A DNA stretch of 39,352 nt. Source: Octopus bimaculoides. Lineage: Eukaryota. The stretch spans positions 90,693,982-90,733,333 of the forward strand of contig NC_068989.1 of assembly GCF_001194135.2 (NCBI RefSeq). The letters are read 5' to 3'. The translations under genes and the position numbers were made by a program. Shown here one piece after another: positions 32,960-39,352 of this stretch. Numbering within the stretch: the stretch's first letter is position 1; each line of letters opens with the position of its first letter. The notes beneath the pieces were generated by a model. That model did not search any database. It had not been told where the DNA came from and was given only the letters and a program-made list of their open reading frames with translations.

Positions 32960-33329
32960 TGTTTTTGTAGTTTTCTTGTTTGTAATGTGGAGCGATTCCG
33001 TGTGTGTGTGTGGATGAGAGAGAAAGAGAGAGAGAAGTTCTTGCATGCATACCTCCACATGCCCACCCCTCCATACACATGCACCTGTCCACCCACCCCA
33101 CCATTCATACCCCCACCCACACATCCCAGTACCATTTAGACTTACAAAGATGGCACTGAACACATCAGCTGAATTAGTCTCTTTCCTCCTCGATCCAAAC
33201 TTCAAGGATATTTTCTTCTCGGAGATCCAGAGATTCCCTGTGAAATGTTCAGGTGGGACAACTTTAAGTCTCTATTTATGTGTTGTTTGCTTTGTTTCCT
33301 CGTTTTTCTTTTGTATTTTGTTGTTGTTC

Positions 33330-33672
33330 AGTTCTATATTTAAAAGATGAGGAATTATGTACATTATTTACATTATTTACATTTGACGGATATTTGTCCT
33401 CATCTTGTTTGTTGTTAACACAACGTTTCGGCTGATATACCCTCCAGCCTTCGTTAGGTGTCTTGGGGAAATTTCAAACCTGGGTTCTCATTCCTCATCT
33501 ATTTTTCAATGTTATTATTCTGAGTTCAATTCCAGGCAGTGACCTGAATAATAACAATAATAATAATAATAATAATAATCTTAAAAGTAATTAATGCTCC
33601 ATGTTTGACAAAAGTAAACTTAATTATAATAATAATAATAATATTGAAAAATACCTTAGGAATGAGAACCCA
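33330..33672. mobile_element. Second insertion of the same hammerhead element, again an inverted dimer
   Basis: Minus arm 33510->33330 is closely similar to 14031-14190. The plus arm keeps the 3' part of the tRNA-like head (TGAGTTCAATTCCAGGCAGTGACCTGAA), (AAT)n and the body start to 33672. Flanking TTTGTTGTTGTT at 33317-33328 and 33675-33686. Confidence 0.78.
33417..33462 (-). ncRNA. Hammerhead motif with a core substitution (CUAACGA, G5A), probably inactive
   Basis: GACAC CUAACGA A GGCUG-GAGGGUAUAU-CAGCC GAAA CGUU GUGUU; stems intact, G5 replaced by A. Confidence 0.65.
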
Positions 33673-33920
33673 CGTTTGTTGTTGTTGTTGTTTAATATTT
33701 AAAGATTATCAATTAGCATCGTTGCTCCTTCCCATACACACAATTGCGCCCCTCCTATTCCACCCACTCCCTTATGGCACCCTTACCCCACTCATTCCTA
33801 CCCACCTTGTACCTTTAAGGGTTCACCTCCAACCCCTAATTATCACTTTTATTGCTTTTCTGCTCCAGCTTGGTCGTTTCCATCCCCTCTTCTAAAAGCA
33901 CGAATAGTCATATAATCGTA

Positions 33921-34296
33921 GGACAGGTGTGGGTGTGTGGTGAGACATTTGCCTCCCAACCACGTGGTTCTGGGTTCAGTTCTACAGCATGGCCCCTTGG
34001 GCACGTGTATTCCACTATAGCGTTGGGCTGACCATAGCCTTGTGAGTGGATTTGGTTGACCAAAGAAGCCCATCATGTATCTGTGTGTCTTTGTGTCCGT
34101 GTTTGTACCCCACCACTTGACAACTGGTGTTGGTTTGTTTATGTCCCCATAAGTTAGCGGTTCAGCCAAAGAGGCCGATAGAATAAGTTCTAGGCTTTAA
34201 AAAAAATATGTAATGGGGTTGATTCATTTGATTAAAAATCCCTAAGGGCGGTGCTCCAGCATGGGTCACAGTCTAATGCCTGAAATGAGTAAAAGA
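33921..34296 (+). mobile_element. SINE family A, full-length copy
   Basis: Collinear with 28971-29372. Confidence 0.8.
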
Positions 34297-35031
34297 ACCC
34301 TCAGAGCATTGGGCAAAATGCTTAGCGCTGTTCTTCTGACTCTTTACATTTGGCGTTCAAATTCTGCCAAGGCCGACTTAGCTTTCATCCTTTAGGGATT
34401 GATAAAGCAAGTGTGAGTTGAGCACTGGGGGTTATATAATCGACCAGCTCCTTCTTCCAAAACTTCAGGCCTTGTGCCTATAGTCATCATCACCATCATC
34501 ATCATACATCCGCTTTCCATGCTGGCATGGGTTGGACAGTTTGACTGGGGACTGGCAAGCTAGGTGGCTGCACCAGGCTCCAATCTGATCTGGCAATGTT
34601 TCTACAGCTGGATGCCCTTCCTAAGGCCAACCACTCTGAGAGTGTAGTGGGTGCTCTTTGTAGCAGAGGGCTCTTTGCTTTCTGAGTTCAAATACCATTG
34701 AGGTCCACTTGGTATTCGAATTACTGTATATGTTTACCAATGTATGTTTGGGATAATTTCGGCTGTTTTTCTCTGACATTCCTCTGCTGTAACCTCATTC
34801 GAAGACAATGGTTATGAAAACATCCAGTTTGAATATTTCAACTTTTTTGCACTTCTTTCTTCTCTCAGTAAAAATGGAAAACATATTTTATGTATTTTCA
34901 CCTGTATAAAGGTCATTTTAATGTTTTAAAATATGATGAAATGTGAGGTGAGCAGAGGGCAAAGGTCATTTATTACAGAACACATTTAGTGATGTCTGTA
35001 TGTATTTATGATCACCTTCTCTCCAAGGCCC

Positions 35032-35081
<50 letters not shown>

Positions 35082-35172
35082 GCAGCTGCTACTGCTACTA
35101 CTACTACTAAGTTACGAGGACATAAACACACCAACATTGGTTGTGAAGCAGTGGTGGGAGTCAAAGACCATG

Positions 35173-35220
<48 letters not shown>

Positions 35221-36213
35221 ATGGGCTTCACACAGTTTCTGCCTATTAAATTCTCTAAAGGGCAGTGGTGGTATATGTGTGCGTGTGTCCTTTGTTTGAC
35301 CCCACCACCACGTCACATCCAGTGTTGGTTTGTTTACATCCTCTGTCACAAGAAACTAATAGAATAAGTGGCGGAGTTAAAAGAAATTGAAGAAAGGAAA
35401 ACACTGAAGTCCATGGCCACAGTCCAGTGACTGAAACAAAAGGTTAAAGATTGACCAGGGGTCAAGTTAATTAATCTGTGTCTTAATGACTCCCTTTCTT
35501 GTCATGCACAACTGCAAGGACTGAGACCCCGCCACTCCCCCACCCGATGAGACTGCAGCAGCAGCATCAGCAGCTCACCAGTGCTCTCACCCTCACCCCA
35601 CCTTCCCACACTGTTCCAACTTGGGGGAGGGGTAGATTTATTGATGGGGAAGTGTTTCCTTATTCGCCCACCCTTCACTCCTCACTCCCTCCTGTCCCCT
35701 ACTCCCATCTTCCTTTCTCCNNNNNNNNNNNNNNNNNNNNNNNNNNNNNNNNNNNNNNNNNNNNNNNNNNNNNNNNNNNNNNNNNNNNNNNNNNNNNNNN
35801 NNNNNNNNNNNNNNNNNNNNNNNNNNNNNNNNNNNNNNNNNNNNNNNNNNNNNNNNNNNNNNNNNNNNNNNNNNNNNNNNNNNNNNNNNNNNNNNNNNNN
35901 NNNNNNNNNNNNNNNNNNNNNNNNNNNNNNNNNNNNNNNNNNNNNNNNNNNNNNNNNNNNNNNNNNNNNNNNNNNNNNNNNNNNNNNNNNNNNNNNNNNN
36001 NNNNNNNNNNNNNNNNNNNNNNNNNNNNNNNNNNNNNNNNNNNNNNNNNNNNNNNNNNNNNNNNNNNNNNNNNNNNNNNNNNNNNNNNNNNNNNNNNNNN
36101 NNNGGTGGTGGTCATGGTAGTGATCTTGTCTAGTGGTTGGGGGAGGAGTGTTTCAGGTGGGAAGGTCCTGTTTGGAATGGTAGTGTTTGAATCTGGGATA
36201 GTAGCTATGCTAA

Positions 36214-36259
<46 letters not shown>

Positions 36260-37421
36260 TAGTCAAATGGATCAACCTCACTGCTTTTTTGTTTTTAGAA
36301 CCTGCTACTTATTCTATTGGGCTGTTTTGTCGAACTGCTAAGTTAAAGGGACATAAACACACCGACACCAGTTGTCATGTGGTGGTCACACACAAACACA
36401 CACACGTGATTGGCTTCTTGCAGTTTCCATCTTCAAATGCACTCCCAAGGCTCGAGTCTATAACAGAAGACACTTGCCCAAGGTGCCACGCAGTGGGTTT
36501 GAACCCAGAACCATGTGGCTGGGAAGCAAGCTCCTTACCATACAGCCACTGCTGCACCTATATAGTTTTATATAATTTTCACCCACCCCCACCAATGGAT
36601 TATTGTTGTTGAATGGGTTGCTGTTGTTGTTGTTGTTGTATAACTCCAGGTCAGCTCTGATTGAGCCGATCCACGATCACTGGCATTTCACCTATGGCAA
36701 TTCCGGCCATTCCATTCTTGTACGATTACGTAATCCACACTGTTCTCCATTTAAGCCTGTAACACAAGATATAGAAAAGATTTGGCTGCTATTTCTAGGA
36801 TATTGGACGACCATGTATAAGCTCTGTCATTGACTCAGGGATGGTGGTGGTTCTGGTGGTGGTCCTGGTGTTATATACAGGACCATATGTTTCTTGCTTA
36901 ATTTATTGATTTTTAGTGTTTTTTTCATTGAGATGTGTCACTTGATTATGACAATGACACTGCTCCCCCACACTTGCCCTCCTGTCATCCTTTTTTCTAT
37001 TTCTGGAGACTTACCCCCCCCNNNNNNNNNNNNNNNNNNNNNNNNNNNNNNNNNNNNNNNNNNNNNNNNNNNNNNNNNNNNNNNNNNNNNNNNNNNNNNN
37101 NNNNNNNNNNNNNNNNNNNNNNNNNNNNNNNNNNNNNNNNNNNNNNNNNNNNNNNNNNNNNNNNNNNNNNNNNNNNNNNNNNNNNNNNNNNNNNNNNNNN
37201 NNNNNNNNNNNNNNNNNNNNNNNNNNNNNNNNNNNNNNNNNNNNNNNNNNNNNNNNNNNNNNNNNNNNNNNNNNNNNNNNNNNNNNNNNNNNNNNNNNNN
37301 NNNNNNNNNNNNNNTGTGTATATACACAAAGTAAATGATTACAAAATGAAAACACAGGAGGGGCAAGTTTTAGTAAATGTGTGTGGGTGCATGTATATTT
37401 GTATTATATATATATATTATA

Positions 37422-37452
<31 letters not shown>

Positions 37453-37584
37453 AATATAAATTATATATATTAATTATATATATGTATATACACACACACA
37501 CCTACACACAGTGTGTGTGATTGACACTGCATCCCTTCCTTAGGAAAGGGATGCCTGCTGGATTCTTAATGATTACATTGGTGT

Positions 37585-37617
<33 letters not shown>

Positions 37618-38629
37618 CTCTCTGGCCTCCCCATCATCCTTAGCTGCTTCATCACTCACCTTCTCTTCCTCTATGTCCTTTGTGCTTGTTGTATTGTTGT
37701 GTCTCTGTCTTCCTCTTAATTCATATTCTATCTTCCCTTCTCTCTCTCTCTTTCTCTCTCTCTCTCCCCACTCTCTCTCCTTGACTCTGTCACTCTCTTC
37801 CCTACTAATTCTCACTCTGTCTCTATGACTGCCACACCCTCTTGTCTCTGCTCACTTTTATGAACTCTCTCTCTCTCTCTCTATCAGCCTGTCTCTGTCT
37901 GTCTGTCCCCCTCTCTCTCTGCCTGTCCCTGTCCCTCTGCCAGGCTGTCCCTTCCACTTCTGCTACTACCACTACTACTTCTACTACTATTCCTCCTACT
38001 ACAGCACATCTCTACTCATGCTGGGTTCCTGAGGATAAATATCTTTGTTAATGGTAACATTTCTTTTACATTTTTGATGACATTTTCTTCTTTCTATCCA
38101 CTATTGTTGTTGTTGTAGTTGTTATTTACAACCCTAGGTTATTCTTGCTCCAGCAGGCTTGTGATCAAAGCCGTTCCAACACCTGACCATCCTGTCCTTT
38201 ATAAGTGTCTATAAAACAACATTATCTGATTCCAACGTGTCTTTACCTTTTGTTGTAAAAGCCGGCCGGGTGTGTAATTTGGGAGGGATTTGACTGCTAT
38301 TTCTTGCAGCTTTGGCAATCAAGTAGAACACTCTTCTAATGATGGTGGTGGTGATGGTGTCTCACTGCTGTTGTTGTTGTTGGTGGTGGTGGTCATGTTC
38401 TTGGTGATGCTGATATCAATAGCCCTTGTCTTCTGTATGTTGTGATCCTTAAAAAGATAAGGTTTGGTTTGGTTTTTAAGGTTGTTGTGTCCTTAATATG
38501 TTAGTCCCCTTAAAAAAATAAAAAAGGGATTAGAAGTAGTGTATTAGGGTCCAGTGTCTTTCAGGGACCAGATAGAAGTTTGTTTACATTGATCAGTTAT
38601 GCGTGTGTGTGTGTGTGTTTATTTGCAAG

Positions 38630-38825
38630 CTTTGTTGTTGTTTAACCCCAGGTCAGAACTGATGGGGACACATTTGACCATCCTATCCTGTTTCTTTCCC
38701 TCTCCCCACACCAATTTTACATTGTGTCCTTCTTTTCTTTTGGTTTTAAGATGGTAGGATGTGTTTTGAAGCTGGATTGGCTGCTATTTCCAGTGGCTCG
38801 ATTGACTGCATAGAGGCTCCCTTGT
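38630..38825 (-). mobile_element. Interspersed repeat family D ((AAC)n tail, GATTTGGCTGCTATTTCTAGCAG motif on +)
   Basis: Other copies at 7885-8130(+), 36610-36835, 38120-38335, 39010-39200; fragments at 4610-4650, 5580-5640, 30050-30130, 30600-30665, 38905-38945. Confidence 0.7.
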
Positions 38826-39243
38826 TGGACTAGGGCCATTTCAGCCTTGACTACAGAATCTATTCCCATTAAAAAAAAAAAAAAATTTTAAGGATCACAT
38901 CAACTGATGCATTTAAGGGAGATTTGACTGCTATTTCTAGCAGAGATGTGTGTGTAGTGTTGTGTCTGTTTACATTTACAACTGTGTGTATTTGTAGACA
39001 TGCATGTGACTGTCATTGTTTAACCCCAGGCCAACTCACTTCCAGTACATCTACATCCAAAGACATTCTAACCATGACCACCTCACCTTTCGGATACTCT
39101 TTATCTCAAATTATGCAATGTTCTTCCTTTCATTTTGTTTTAAAGCAGTTGGGTGTGATTTGAACGAGACTTAGCTGATATTTTTAGTGAACCAATAACG
39201 ATGTATATATACATACATGTCAGCAAGTGTGTGTGTATGTATG

Positions 39244-39274
<31 letters not shown>

Positions 39275-39352
39275 TATAAACAACCCTGAAAGGCTTTGTG
39301 AGTTATGGAGAGAACACTACTATGGAAGGCTCATAGCTTAATTGGAGAATAA

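Noticed and set aside
35490-35550. Possible terminal + exon GLRPRHSPTR* after tgcaag (phase 1)
   Set aside because: Weak AAG acceptor, very short, no independent support; several equally weak donor-like sites on the other strand.
37944-38053. Signal-peptide-like Leu run after a cag acceptor
   Set aside because: Comes from a degenerate (CTA)n repeat; no initiator Met and no phase support.

Overview
Eukaryotic, AT-rich, microsatellite-dense draft assembly with 8 N-gaps. The repeat content suggests a cephalopod, probably Octopus (inference from pattern recognition, not a search). The window holds an internal part of one + strand spliced gene. Ten GT-AG exons (9708-31175) join with fully consistent phases into about 1047 stop-free codons of a large coiled-coil protein, pericentrin/AKAP9-like or golgin-like in character. 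Its start, stop and any diagnostic domain were not found. The rest is intronic or flanking DNA with several SINE-like families, Tc1/mariner-, piggyBac- and hAT-type MITEs, and a decayed RTE LINE 3' end. Three things stand out. (1) A tRNA-headed element carries a Penelope-type minimal hammerhead ribozyme and is inserted twice as a head-to-head inverted dimer with apparent 12-bp target-site duplications; in both loci the + strand ribozyme is disabled or missing. (2) A gap-free 70-bp intronic hairpin has 9 G-U wobbles and no A-C mismatches on the pre-mRNA strand. (3) There is a (CAG)5 tandem splice acceptor, a 106-bp near-perfect palindrome, and a piggyBac-like element nested in a MITE. Repeat boundaries were read by eye and are approximate unless TIRs or TSDs are quoted.
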